Position numbers and translations under genes: made by a program
The notes under the pieces: generated by a model
What the model was told of the DNA's origin: nothing
Database searches by the model: none
Seen by the model: only the letters and a program-made list of their open reading frames with translations
Part shown: positions 10,170 to 19,990 of the stretch, piece after piece
Layout: every line of letters starts with the position of its first letter
Numbering within the stretch: the first letter of the stretch is position 1
Assembly (NCBI GenBank): GCA_027064305.1
Contig: JAMOPY010000025.1
Coordinates: forward strand, 1 to 45,993
DNA from: Methanobacteriota archaeon
GTDB taxonomy: Archaea; JAADCQ01; Methanopyri; Methanopyrales; Methanopyraceae
DNA: 45,993 nt
Direction of reading: 5' to 3'

Positions 10170-11066
10170 TTGGTCGGCCTCACGGAGATCGGGCTGACCG
10201 CGGCCATGGGCGCGCTGGCCACCATCGCGGGCGCGTTCGAGGACGCCGAGTCCGACGTGGGCTCGCAGTCCAACCCGAACTCGCAGGTCCAGCTGGCGCC
10301 CCAGATGATGAACTTCCACCGGTACTTCAACAAGGCCATCTCCGGCGAGCCGGTCTCCTACATGATGTACGGCGCGGTGGCCGGCACGGTCACCTGGGTC
10401 ATGATGACGAAGTTCGGCCTCCCATTCCTCGCCGCGGCCGCGATCGGCGTGGGCGTGAACGCGCTCATCCACATGGCCTTCTCGACGACCGCCCACCTGG
10501 GCCGGATCGCCAGCGCGGCGGAGTTCGGGCACCCGATCTACCTGGACGTGGTCCTGTCGCACCTGGGCCCGATCGCGGGGTTCGGAGGGATCGCGACCTT
10601 CGCGATCATCTCCCTCGCGTACCTGCAGTGGTCCGCCCTTAAGCACCCGTTCCCGCTGCCCCTGCTGGCCGCGCTCTGGGGCGTGACGGTGGGCGCGATC
10701 GGCTCCTCGACGGGCGACGTGCACTACGGTGCCGAGCGACTGTACCAGCACTACCCGTTCGGCGGCGGTGTCCCGGTGGCCGCGCACGGTAACATCACGC
10801 GGAAGGCGGAGACGGGCATCCGGAACTCCATGGACAGCGTGTACTTCTGCGCGAAGTTCGGGTGCCCGCTCACGGGGCTCTGCTTCGGTCTGGTCGTGTT
10901 CTTCAGCACGTGGGCCGGCCTGTTCGGCCAGTGGGGCGCGGTGATCGCGATGCTCCTGGTCACGCTCGGCTGCCTGATCGTGAGCAACCGGATCGAGAAG
11001 TGGGCGCGGGAGAACTACGGCACGTACGAGGACGTGGAGCTGGACGAGATCTGCGACGCGGTGTAA
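10170..11066 (+). CDS. mtrE: H4MPT:CoM methyltransferase subunit E
   Basis: [44 protein letters not shown]. Confidence 0.98.
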   Translation: MVGLTEIGLTAAMGALATIAGAFEDAESDVGSQSNPNSQVQLAPQMMNFHRYFNKAISGEPVSYMMYGAVAGTVTWVMMTKFGLPFLAAAAIGVGVNALIHMAFSTTAHLGRIASAAEFGHPIYLDVVLSHLGPIAGFGGIATFAIISLAYLQWSALKHPFPLPLLAALWGVTVGAIGSSTGDVHYGAERLYQHYPFGGGVPVAAHGNITRKAETGIRNSMDSVYFCAKFGCPLTGLCFGLVVFFSTWAGLFGQWGAVIAMLLVTLGCLIVSNRIEKWARENYGTYEDVELDEICDAV

Positions 11067-11079
11067 GGGGGACCCGACC

Positions 11080-11853
11080 GTGGGTGAGGGTGCCAAGCTG
11101 AACGCGCGCGGCTTCGGCCTGGCCGTCCCCCTCCTCGCCGTCTCCTTCGCGATGGCCGCCGTCAACTGGACCGCGGTGAGCAAGCTGTGGGCGACGCTGA
11201 TCCTGATCACCTACGGCAGCGTCCTCGTGAACGTGGGCGTGCACTACGTGCCCGTGGGCGGCGCGCCGGCGGCCATGGCCACGGCGACGGGCGTGGGTAC
11301 GGGTACGACCCAGCTCGCCGCGGGCTCCGGACTGACGGGACTCATCACGGCCGCCGCCATGAGCGACAAGCCCTTCTCGGTCATCCTGGCGAACGGGGCC
11401 GCCGGCGCGGCCGTGATGATGGCGATCACGATGCTCGTGGGTAACCTGATCTACGTGTACGGCGTCGGCTGCCCGCCGTGCTCGGCCAAGGTGGACCGGG
11501 ACCCGCTCACGGGCTGGGACCAGGAGCCCTACGTGACCCCGGGTACGGAGGGTCACGGGATCCCCACGGTCAGCTTCGTGAGCGGGATCTTCGGGGGCCT
11601 GCTCGGCGGGACGGGCGGCGCGATGACGTACTTCGCCCTGTACAAGGTGCTCGGCATGAGCGCGGCGCTCGCCGGGGTCCTGGCCATGGGGTTCTTCTAC
11701 GCGAACGCCGTGCTGGCCTCCTACAACATCGGCGGCACGATCGAGGGGTACCACGACCCCAAGTTCACGCGGGTGCCCCGGGCCGCGGCGTGCTCGATCG
11801 CGTTCGGGATCGTCGCGTCCATCATCGCCTACGTGATGAGCACGTACGTGTAG
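11080..11853 (+). CDS. mtrD: H4MPT:CoM methyltransferase subunit D
   Basis: [57 protein letters not shown]. Confidence 0.98.
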   Translation: MGEGAKLNARGFGLAVPLLAVSFAMAAVNWTAVSKLWATLILITYGSVLVNVGVHYVPVGGAPAAMATATGVGTGTTQLAAGSGLTGLITAAAMSDKPFSVILANGAAGAAVMMAITMLVGNLIYVYGVGCPPCSAKVDRDPLTGWDQEPYVTPGTEGHGIPTVSFVSGIFGGLLGGTGGAMTYFALYKVLGMSAALAGVLAMGFFYANAVLASYNIGGTIEGYHDPKFTRVPRAAACSIAFGIVASIIAYVMSTYV

Positions 11854-11865
11854 GGGGAGTCCCCC

Positions 11866-12681
11866 TTGCTCGCCCGAACCCTGCTCCTGTCGGCGGTGGC
11901 CCCCGGCGGTGAGGAGGAGGAAGAGGAGGTGGAGGTGGCCGTCGCGATCCCGCCGTGGAAGCTGATCCTCGCGGGCGTGGCTTCGGGGATCGTGGGGATC
12001 TCACTCGCCTGGGTGCACCCGGTGATCCCGGCGATCGCGGCGATCCCGGTGATCATGTGGGGCGCGGACGCGGTGCGCCGCGTGGCCGGGTACGGGCTGG
12101 GTACGGGCGTCCCGTCCATCGGGTACATGGGACTGGGCGGCGGCTCGGTGGCCGCGCTACTGGCCGTGGCGATGACCAACGTCACGTACGCGCCGATCGC
12201 GGCGGCGGTCGGCACGGTCCTGGGGGCCGCGATCGGCGCGCTGCTGGGCGTGCTGGACCGGCGCGTGATCAAGATGAAGATCCCGGTGATGGAGCGGTGC
12301 AGCACGGAGATCGTGGCGGCGGGCACGCTGGCCCTCATGTGCCTGATGGCGGCCGTCGCCGGGGACTTCACGTGGTCGGCCGTGTACTCCCGGGTGATTC
12401 GGACGGGGATCATCGCCGTGCTGTGGGTGGCGTGCGCGCTGTCGCTGCTGCACCCGTACAACGCGTGCCTGGGGCCCAGCGAGACGCAGGAGCGGACGCT
12501 GTCCCTGGCCGCGGAGTGCGGGTCGATCAGCGCGATCGTGGCCGGGCTGGCGTCCGCGAACCCGATCGTGCTGATCGCCGGCGGGATCGCGTGGCTGATC
12601 TCGTTCTGGAAGTTCTGGGTTTACACGAAGCGGGACGCGGCGGACGTCGTCTGGACGGGCGTCGTCCCGAAGGGTGAGTAG
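11866..12681 (+). CDS. mtrC: H4MPT:CoM methyltransferase subunit C
   Basis: WGADAVRRVAGYGLGTGVPSIG, MKIPVM, LHPYNACLGPSE. Confidence 0.98.
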   Translation: MLARTLLLSAVAPGGEEEEEEVEVAVAIPPWKLILAGVASGIVGISLAWVHPVIPAIAAIPVIMWGADAVRRVAGYGLGTGVPSIGYMGLGGGSVAALLAVAMTNVTYAPIAAAVGTVLGAAIGALLGVLDRRVIKMKIPVMERCSTEIVAAGTLALMCLMAAVAGDFTWSAVYSRVIRTGIIAVLWVACALSLLHPYNACLGPSETQERTLSLAAECGSISAIVAGLASANPIVLIAGGIAWLISFWKFWVYTKRDAADVVWTGVVPKGE

Positions 12682-12694
12682 GGGGTAGCGTCCC

Positions 12695-13033
12695 GTGGCG
12701 ATCGCGATCGTGGATCAGGACGCCCAGATCGCGATGGACGCGGTCACGGGCGCGGTCGCGGAGTGGCGGGAGGACGTGGTGACGCTGGACGTGATGCCCC
12801 TGTACGAGGAGGTGGAGCGGCTCGACGAGTACGTCACCGACATGATGCGCGCGCTGGACCCGTCCACGACCACGTGGGGCACGCTGCCGGGTCGAGAGGG
12901 CGTGCACGGCACGGCCGCCTTCCTCACCAACTTCACCCACGGCTTCGCGATCGGGGTGATCCTGGTCGCGCTCGTGGCGTTCACGCTCGCCGCGGTGTAC
13001 AAGATGCACCTGCTCCGCATGATGGGCGTCTAG
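12695..13033 (+). CDS. mtrB: H4MPT:CoM methyltransferase subunit B
   Basis: ALDPS..LPGREGVHGTAAFLTNFTHGF followed by a C-terminal TM helix. Confidence 0.96.
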   Translation: MAIAIVDQDAQIAMDAVTGAVAEWREDVVTLDVMPLYEEVERLDEYVTDMMRALDPSTTTWGTLPGREGVHGTAAFLTNFTHGFAIGVILVALVAFTLAAVYKMHLLRMMGV

Positions 13034-13046
13034 GGGGTGAGGGTCC

Positions 13047-13793
13047 GTGCCCGAGAAGAAGGAGCCGGCGGAGGGCTGGCCCATCGTGGAGGGGGACTAC
13101 GTCGTCGGGGACCCGGAGGCGCCCGTGCACGTGGTCACGCTCGGTTCGCACATCGAGGAGGACATCCTGAAGGCGGCCGGGGAGGACAAGGTGGCCATCG
13201 CCGGCCCGTGCAAGACGGAGAACATCGGCATCGAGAAGGTCATCGCCAACGTGATCGCCAACCCGAACATCCGGTTCTGCGTGCTCTGCGGCGCGGAGGT
13301 GACGGGGCACCTCACGGGCCAGTCGTTCAAGGCGATGTACGAGAACGGGGTCGACCCGGACTCCGGTGAGATCATCGGGGCGGAGGGGGCCATCCCGTAC
13401 TTGGAGAACCTGCCGGAGGAGGCGATTGAGCGGTACCGGGACCAGATCGTGGAGCTCGTGGACCTGATCGACGTGGAGGACGTCGACGAGATCGTGAAGG
13501 CGATCGAGGAGTGCGTGGAGAAGGACCCGGGGGCCTACGAGGAGGGGCCGATGACGGTCTCGCTCGAGGAGGAGGAAGAGGAGGAGCTCGCCGAGGTCAC
13601 CGGCATGCCGGTGTCCGCGGAGACGGTCACGGTCGAGTACCGGGTGAACGACGTGCGGCTGGGCGTCAAGAGCGTGGGCGCGATGCAGCGCTACATGGCC
13701 GGCTACCTGTCCGGACGCACCATGGGCCTGCTGTTCGGCCTGGTCTCCGGGCTGGTGTTCCTGTTCGTCCCCCTCGTCCTGCTGGGAGCGTAG
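13047..13793 (+). CDS. mtrA: H4MPT:CoM methyltransferase subunit A (corrinoid)
   Basis: KKEPAEGWPIVEGDYVVGDP, CKTENIGIEKVIAN, GAEVTGHLTGQS (His ligand), C-terminal TM helix. Confidence 0.98.
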   Translation: MPEKKEPAEGWPIVEGDYVVGDPEAPVHVVTLGSHIEEDILKAAGEDKVAIAGPCKTENIGIEKVIANVIANPNIRFCVLCGAEVTGHLTGQSFKAMYENGVDPDSGEIIGAEGAIPYLENLPEEAIERYRDQIVELVDLIDVEDVDEIVKAIEECVEKDPGAYEEGPMTVSLEEEEEEELAEVTGMPVSAETVTVEYRVNDVRLGVKSVGAMQRYMAGYLSGRTMGLLFGLVSGLVFLFVPLVLLGA

Positions 13794-13805
13794 GGGGGAG
13801 CACCC

Positions 13806-14027
13806 GTGGCCGAGGAAGAGGTCCCCAAGATGATCGCGCCCGAGGACGACATTCGGGAGATCCACTCGCGCCTGGACGAGATCGAGCGGCGTCTGGACTT
13901 CGTGTGGGGTGAGGTCTACCAGCGCTTCGGCAAGCGCATCGGCCGGGACATCGGGATACTGTACGGGCTCGTGATCGGTCTGTACCTGTGCATGCTGTAC
14001 CTGCTGCTGGGGGCAGCCTTCCGATAG
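13806..14027 (+). CDS. mtrG: H4MPT:CoM methyltransferase subunit G
   Basis: RLDEIERRLDF..EVYQRFGKRIGRDIGILYG. Confidence 0.97.
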   Translation: MAEEEVPKMIAPEDDIREIHSRLDEIERRLDFVWGEVYQRFGKRIGRDIGILYGLVIGLYLCMLYLLLGAAFR

Positions 14028-14052
14028 GGTGCAACCTTGGGGGTGATGTCCG

Positions 14053-15021
14053 TTGTTCTACTTCCCGGGTAAGGAGCAGAAGGTGGTGGACATCTGCGGG
14101 GTGAAGATCGGGGGTCAGCCCGGAGAGTACCCGACGGTGCTCGCCGGCACGATGTTCTACGCCGGGCACAAGATCGTGAAGGACGAGGAGAAGGGCGAGT
14201 TCGACGAGGAGAAGGCCGAGGAGCTCATCAAGATGGAGGAGGAGCTGGCCGACGAGACCGGTAACCCGATGATGGCGCACATCATGGCCGAGTCGGAGGA
14301 GGCCATGATCCGGTACCTGGACTGGGTCGCCGACGTGACCGACGCGCCCATCATCGTGGACTCCACCGAGGCCAACGTGAAGATCGCCGCGGTCAAGCAC
14401 GCGCAGGAGGTCGGCCTGGCCGAGCGGATCGTGTACAACTCGATCAACGCGTCCGCCGAGGACGAGGAGATCCAGGCGATCAAGGAGTCCGACTGCAACT
14501 CCGCCATCGTCCTGGCCTTCAACCCGATGGACTCGTCCATCGAGGGGCGCCTGAAGATCCTCACGGAGGGCGAGGAGGGCGTCTCCGAGCAGGGCATGCT
14601 GGAGATCGCCGACGAGTGCGGCATCGAGAACCCGCTGATCGACACCGCCGCCACGCCGTTCGGCTCGGGTGCGGGCCAGTCCGTGAAGGCCGTGATCGCG
14701 GTCAAGGCCAAGCTAGGCCTGCCCGTCGGCGGAGCGCCGCACAACATCCCGTCCGCCTGGGACTGGATGCGGGAGCTGAGGAAGAAGCTCCGCGAGGAGG
14801 GCAGGGAGGACTGGGCCAAGATGATGTGGGAGTCCGTGGACTGGGGCTCCAACATCCTCGAGAACATCCTAGGGGCCGACTACCTGCTCTTCGGACCCAT
14901 CGAGAACGCGCCGGCCATCTGGGCGGCAGCGGCGATGATCGACGCGCTGATCGCCGAGGCCAACGAGGACATCGGCATCGAGCCGCAGGTCGAGGACCAC
15001 CCGGCCAACATCGTCCGCTAG
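14053..15021 (+). CDS. mtrH: H4MPT:CoM methyltransferase subunit H
   Basis: KIGGQPGEYPTVLAGTMFY, YNSINAS, HNIPSAWDW, FGPIENA. Confidence 0.98.
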   Translation: MFYFPGKEQKVVDICGVKIGGQPGEYPTVLAGTMFYAGHKIVKDEEKGEFDEEKAEELIKMEEELADETGNPMMAHIMAESEEAMIRYLDWVADVTDAPIIVDSTEANVKIAAVKHAQEVGLAERIVYNSINASAEDEEIQAIKESDCNSAIVLAFNPMDSSIEGRLKILTEGEEGVSEQGMLEIADECGIENPLIDTAATPFGSGAGQSVKAVIAVKAKLGLPVGGAPHNIPSAWDWMRELRKKLREEGREDWAKMMWESVDWGSNILENILGADYLLFGPIENAPAIWAAAAMIDALIAEANEDIGIEPQVEDHPANIVR

Positions 15022-16277
15022 TCCCCACGTCCCCACAGTCCCCTTTTCTTCACCTCCCCCAGCACCTCCCGCGCGTACCGCACCACGTACGGGTTCTCGT
15101 CCGAGAAGCGCCCCTCGTACCGCCGCAGCGTCTCCTCGATCCGTTCCCAGCACTCGTCCGGCACCCGACCCGTCGTTGCGTCCCACCCCAGCAGGTTCTT
15201 CACCCGCTTCAACCACTCCGACGCGCCCTTCGCCCCGTGCCTCAGCATCGCCTCGATCCACTCCTCGTTCGCCAGCTTCTGATCCACCAACCGCCGCAGC
15301 TCCTCCTCGATCGACCGCGTGAGCACCCGGTTCGGGTCCGTCACGTCGTGATGGTAACACTCCACCCGCTCCCCCGAGAGCTCCTCCGCCGCCGCGACCA
15401 TCCCCCCGTGGAACGCGAAGTGGCAGCAGCAACCGAGGAGATCCCACTCGTGCGAGGACTGCGCGACCGACACCGCCCGCACGTTGGACAGCGCCCGCTC
15501 GAACTCCTTGAAGGCCTCCTCGCCGAACGCGTCCCGACCGTAGGCGTACCCACCCCACCGCACGTACACCCGCGCCAGGTCCGACCGATCCTCCCACGCG
15601 GACGCGTGCACGGCGTAGTTCACGCCCGCCCCGTACGCCCCCGGCGGGTCTCCGAAGACGCGGTGACCGCCCCCGTGCCGCCTCACGAAGTTCTCCTCCT
15701 CCGACTCGTCCCGGTTCCGAACCAGCTCGAACGCCTCATCGAGGAGCTCGATCAGGTTCGGGAACGCGTCCCGGAACATCCCGCTGATCCGGACCACCAC
15801 GTCCACCCTCGGCCGGCCCAGCTCCTCGACCGGGACCACCTCCAGCCCCCGAACCACGCCCGCTCCATCCCACCGGGGCCGCACGCCCAGCAACCACAGG
15901 ACCTGCGCCAGCACCTCACCGCCCGTCCGCATCACGTCCGACGCCCAGAGCACGATCCCCACCGCGCGCGGGTACCCGCCCCGATCCTCCCGGTACCGCT
16001 CCAGCGTCCTCTCCGCGAGCCGCCGGCCCACCCGCCAGGCCCGCCGGGTCGGCACCTTCCGCGGGTCCACCGAGTAGAAGTTCTTGCCCGTGGGCAGGAC
16101 GTCCACGTCGCCCCGCGTGGGGTTGCCCGAGGGACCCGGCTCGACGAACCGCCCCTCGAGCGCCCTCACCGTAACCTCCAGCTCCCGCTCGCACGCGAGC
16201 AGCCGGCGGAGCACCGAGCGCGCGAACTCCCGGGCCTCCTCCGGGACCGCCTCCCGCACGCGCTCCTTAAGATCCAA
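15018..16277 (-). CDS. cobN: CobN/ChlH-type chelatase large subunit, C-terminal half
   Basis: LEGRFVEPGPSGNPTRGDVDVLPTGKNFYSVDP, LGRPRVDVVVRISGMFRDAF, RVFGDPPGAYGAGV, NEEWIEAMLRHG, GWDATT. Probable TTG start at 16277 after GGCGGGGT. Confidence 0.88.
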   Translation of the reverse strand: MDLKERVREAVPEEAREFARSVLRRLLACERELEVTVRALEGRFVEPGPSGNPTRGDVDVLPTGKNFYSVDPRKVPTRRAWRVGRRLAERTLERYREDRGGYPRAVGIVLWASDVMRTGGEVLAQVLWLLGVRPRWDGAGVVRGLEVVPVEELGRPRVDVVVRISGMFRDAFPNLIELLDEAFELVRNRDESEEENFVRRHGGGHRVFGDPPGAYGAGVNYAVHASAWEDRSDLARVYVRWGGYAYGRDAFGEEAFKEFERALSNVRAVSVAQSSHEWDLLGCCCHFAFHGGMVAAAEELSGERVECYHHDVTDPNRVLTRSIEEELRRLVDQKLANEEWIEAMLRHGAKGASEWLKRVKNLLGWDATTGRVPDECWERIEETLRRYEGRFSDENPYVVRYAREVLGEVKKRGLWGRGD

Positions 16278-16310
16278 ACCGGACCCCGCCCGCACGTCGT
16301 ACCACGAAAC

Positions 16311-16324
16311 GTTACTAAGGTAAC
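16311..16324. promoter_or_regulatory. Palindrome GTTAC-TAAG-GTAAC in the divergent cobN promoter
   Basis: Inverted repeat at the centre of the 73-nt AT-rich gap between the two cobN halves. Confidence 0.5.
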
Positions 16325-16350
16325 ACCGAATAAGCCTTGAGGGGGTCACC

Positions 16351-18417
16351 GTGCGAGCCCTCTGCGTGTGCTCCCGCGTCATGCTCCGGGCCGCCCGGCG
16401 CGTGGCCGAGCGACTCCCCTTCGACCTCGAGGTGGCGACCCAGGACGACGCGCCCGAGTCCGGGGACTACGACCTGATCGTCCTGCTCCGCGTCACCCGG
16501 CCCGTCGTCCCGGACGAGAGCGCGGAGATCGTGGCCGTGCCCGTCGACGGCTCCACCGGGGTTCAGTCCCTGAACACCGTGCCCGACCGGGTCGTCGACC
16601 GCGTGCGGGAGTACGTGGAGTACGGCGGGGAGCGGAACCTGGAGCACGCCCTCCGCTACCTGGCGAGCGAGGTGCTCGGGCTGGACCTGGGGTACGAGCC
16701 CCCGGAGGAGCGACCGTGGGACGGCCTGTACCACCCGGATCGCGGCCCGCTGGAGGGGCCGCCCGGGCCCTCCGACCGGGAGACGGTCGGGGTCTACCTG
16801 AGCCGGGAGATGTGGGTCTGGGGCTGCACCGACGTCCCGGACCGGCTGATCCGGGAGGTCGAGCGCGCGGGCGGTCGGGCCCTGGGCGTGTTCACCAGGC
16901 CGGGCCGCGGGCGCCCGCTGGACGAGCTCCTCACGGTGGACGGGGAGCCGGTCGTGGACGCGCTGCTGGTCGTCAAGAAGCCCTCCTTCAAGCGGGGGTA
17001 CGAGCGGGGTTTCGAGGCGCTCCGCCGGCTCGGTGTGCCCGTGATCAACGCGGTGATCTCCTGGTACCGGTCCCGGGGGGAGTGGCGCGAGTCGGAGCAG
17101 GGGCTGGGCCCGGGCGACCTGGCGTACGGGGTCGCGATGGGCGAGCTGCAGGGTCGGGTCGATCCGATTCCGGTCGGGTTCAAGGCCGAGGACGGCTACG
17201 AGCCGGAGCCCGGGCGGTGCCGGCTGGCGGCCCGGCGGGCGCTGCGCTGGGCCCGGTTGCGTCGGAAGCCGCCGGGGGAGCGCCGCGTGGCGGTCGTCCT
17301 GAACAACGGGATCTGCTCGCAGGGGGAGGCCGGGATCGGGTCGGCGATGGGGTTGGACACGTTCGAGAGCCTGGCCCGGTTGCTGCGGCGGCTGCGGGAG
17401 GAGGGGTACCGGCTGGACTGGGTGCCGGAGGACGGTCGGGAGCTGGAGCGGGAGTTCTTCCGGCGGCGGGCGTTCAACGAGTTCAAGGGCACGACCGTGG
17501 AGGACATCCTGGCCGCGGGCGGCGCGGTGGATCTGGTCCCGCTGGATCGGTACCTGGAGTGGTTCGAGGAGTTGCCGGAGGAGCTGCGGGAGCGGATGGT
17601 GGAGGAGTGGGGTGAGCCGCCCGGGGACGCGATGGTGGTGGACGACTGCATCGTGATCGCGGGGATCCGGACGGGGAACGTGTTCCTCGGGGTGCAGCCG
17701 AAGCGGGGGTGCGCCGGGACGGAGTGCAGCGGGGAGGTCTGCAGGATCCTGCACGATCCGCACTGTCCGCCGACGCACCATTACTACGCCTTCTACCGGT
17801 GGATCCGGGACGAGTTCCGGGCGGACGTGCTCCTGCACGCGGGGACGCACGGGACGGTGGAGTGGCTGCCGGGGAAGTCGGTGGGGTTGTCCGAGGCGTG
17901 CTGGCCGGAGGTCTGCGTCGGGGACCTGCCGGTCGTGTACTGGTACATTGTGAGCAACCCGTCCGAGGGCACGCAGGCGAAGCGGCGCGGGTACTCGACG
18001 CTCGTGGATCACTGCCCGCCGCCGCTGGGGGAGGCGGAGGCGGGGGTGAGGGAGCTGGAGGAGCGGCTGGAGGAGGCGGAGCGGTCGGGAGAGGTGGACC
18101 CGCGGTTGTTCGAGGAGTGGGAGGCGCGGGCGGGCGCGTTCATCGAGAGGGGACTGCACGTGATCGGGGAGCCGCCGCGGGATCCCGGGCTGCTCTCGGA
18201 GTTCCTGTACGCGCTCTGCCGGAACCGGCTGCGGGAGCTGATCGCCCGGGAGCTGGGGGTGGACCTGGGGAAGGCGCTCGAGCGCCCCGGGGAGGAGAGC
18301 GAGCTGGGGGTCACGAATCGGGAGCTCGTTCGGGCGATCGATGAGGTGGTCCGGGAGGTGTGTGAAGGGGTGGTGGAGGAGGAGCTCGGGTCCGAAAGGG
18401 ATAATCCGGTCGGGTGA
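16351..18417 (+). CDS. cobN: CobN/ChlH-type chelatase large subunit, N-terminal half
   Basis: GLYHPD, WARLRRKP, IGSAMGLDT, GNVFLGVQPKRG, HDPHCPPTHHYYAFYRW, HAGTHGTVEWLPGK, NPSEGTQAKRRG, GLHVIGEPP. SD GAGGGGGT. Confidence 0.9.
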   Translation: MRALCVCSRVMLRAARRVAERLPFDLEVATQDDAPESGDYDLIVLLRVTRPVVPDESAEIVAVPVDGSTGVQSLNTVPDRVVDRVREYVEYGGERNLEHALRYLASEVLGLDLGYEPPEERPWDGLYHPDRGPLEGPPGPSDRETVGVYLSREMWVWGCTDVPDRLIREVERAGGRALGVFTRPGRGRPLDELLTVDGEPVVDALLVVKKPSFKRGYERGFEALRRLGVPVINAVISWYRSRGEWRESEQGLGPGDLAYGVAMGELQGRVDPIPVGFKAEDGYEPEPGRCRLAARRALRWARLRRKPPGERRVAVVLNNGICSQGEAGIGSAMGLDTFESLARLLRRLREEGYRLDWVPEDGRELEREFFRRRAFNEFKGTTVEDILAAGGAVDLVPLDRYLEWFEELPEELRERMVEEWGEPPGDAMVVDDCIVIAGIRTGNVFLGVQPKRGCAGTECSGEVCRILHDPHCPPTHHYYAFYRWIRDEFRADVLLHAGTHGTVEWLPGKSVGLSEACWPEVCVGDLPVVYWYIVSNPSEGTQAKRRGYSTLVDHCPPPLGEAEAGVRELEERLEEAERSGEVDPRLFEEWEARAGAFIERGLHVIGEPPRDPGLLSEFLYALCRNRLRELIARELGVDLGKALERPGEESELGVTNRELVRAIDEVVREVCEGVVEEELGSERDNPVG

Positions 18418-18438
18418 GCCCCGCACCGGGGCCGTTCA

Positions 18439-19881
18439 ATGGGGCTATTCTCTCGGCTGTTTCGCCGCGGTCCGGAGCCGCAGGTGGCCGAGAGCGAGCG
18501 GGTCACGGGTCCGATGGCGGTCAGTCGGAACTACTTCATCGTGGCGTCGGTGGAGCTGGGTAACACGACGACGAAGTGCATCCTGACGGCGACGGACCTG
18601 GAGGAGGGGATGACCTACCTGATCCACAAGGAGGTGCGGATGACGCGGGACGTGCGCCCGCCGCGGACGGGGGAGGAGGTGTTCGGGGAGACGGTCTGGG
18701 GGGTTCAGCTCACGCGCGAGTCGGTGGCGGAGATGGTGGCGGACACGCTCAAGTCCGCGGTGCGGAGCGCGAACATCCGGATCGAGGACGTGCACTTCGT
18801 GGTTCGGTCCACCGGGGTCACGGCCGGGTTCGCCTCGCCCGAGGAGGTGGGTGAGATGATCAAGGCGCTGGCGGACGGGTGCCTGAAGGCGGGCGTGCCG
18901 CCCAACCGGATGACGGCGGCGATGAGCAAGGAGAACATCCCGGAGCCGTTCCGGGAGTACTCGCTGATCGACAAGGTCTACTTCGACGGGGCGGTCACGG
19001 GGGTGAAGCCGCCGGCGGGCAAGGAGATCGTGGCGAACGAGATGGAGGGCGAGCTGGTGATGGCGGGGATCAAGGCGGGGGCGAAGGCCACCAAGGTGGA
19101 CTTCCGGAACCCGTGCATGGCGATCGACTACGGGACCACGCTGGCGGGCCGGATCACGAACGATGAGCTCCCGTACGCGGACACGATCGGTAACCTCTGC
19201 GGGCTGGCGGGCGCGATCATGGACGCGATCTCGCGCGGGTGCGGGGAGATCGACGAGGAGACGGGCTGCGCGCTGGACCTACCTAAGGACGTGGAGCCGG
19301 ACACGGGGGAGAAGGCCCGGGAGCTGGCGGAGGAGGCGCACGAGTACATCGACATCCGGGAGGTCCCGCGCACCGCGAAGCGCTTCGGGACGGTGCCCGT
19401 GGACCCGAAGCGGGCGGAGAAGGCCGGGCTCAAGCTCATCGGGTGCGACGTGGGGGAGAACGGTAGCGACCTGCCCCGGCTGACCGAGATCGGTCGGGAG
19501 GCCTACGAGGAGGGCGGGTACGAGCTGCTGTTCGGGGTGCTGGACTGGACCGCCACGATCATGGCCAAGCGCCTCATCGAGACGGCCCTGGACCTCGACC
19601 TGATCGACGAGAACACGGCCATCGGCATCACCGGCCGGGCGGGGATCACGGGCAAGAAGCCCGAGCTCATCTGCCGGATGGTCCAGGAGGAGTTCGGGGA
19701 CTACTGGGACCCGGAGGAGGACCTGGTCTTCGTCGACGACGGGCTCGCCCGCGGGGCCGCGACCATGGCCCGGTGCATGAACTGCCTCGGCACGCCCAAG
19801 AACCCCCTGGGAGGGAACCGCGGGGGCGGGTGCATTCTCGGCCTCCGGATCAAGCACCAGCGGAAGGAGAAGGCTTCCTGA
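18439..19881 (+). CDS. Methanogenesis marker protein 14 (DUF2114 family)
   Basis: YFIVASVELGNTTTKCILTAT, HFVVRSTGVTAGF, ANEMEGEL, DYGTTLAGR, DDGLARGAATMARCMN. Confidence 0.9.
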   Translation: MGLFSRLFRRGPEPQVAESERVTGPMAVSRNYFIVASVELGNTTTKCILTATDLEEGMTYLIHKEVRMTRDVRPPRTGEEVFGETVWGVQLTRESVAEMVADTLKSAVRSANIRIEDVHFVVRSTGVTAGFASPEEVGEMIKALADGCLKAGVPPNRMTAAMSKENIPEPFREYSLIDKVYFDGAVTGVKPPAGKEIVANEMEGELVMAGIKAGAKATKVDFRNPCMAIDYGTTLAGRITNDELPYADTIGNLCGLAGAIMDAISRGCGEIDEETGCALDLPKDVEPDTGEKARELAEEAHEYIDIREVPRTAKRFGTVPVDPKRAEKAGLKLIGCDVGENGSDLPRLTEIGREAYEEGGYELLFGVLDWTATIMAKRLIETALDLDLIDENTAIGITGRAGITGKKPELICRMVQEEFGDYWDPEEDLVFVDDGLARGAATMARCMNCLGTPKNPLGGNRGGGCILGLRIKHQRKEKAS

Positions 19882-19990
19882 GCTCCCGCCCGACTCCTTC
19901 GAGGAGGTCCTGTCCGCCTTCGAGGGACTGCGCACCTACCGGGACCTGGCGGCCGCGACCCGGGAGCTCGCCGAGCGGACCGACTTCACG

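Noticed and set aside
16280-18430. cobN N-half as a phase-variable invertible segment
   Set aside because: No matching inverted repeats at the two ends, no recombinase nearby, and each half has its own start signals.
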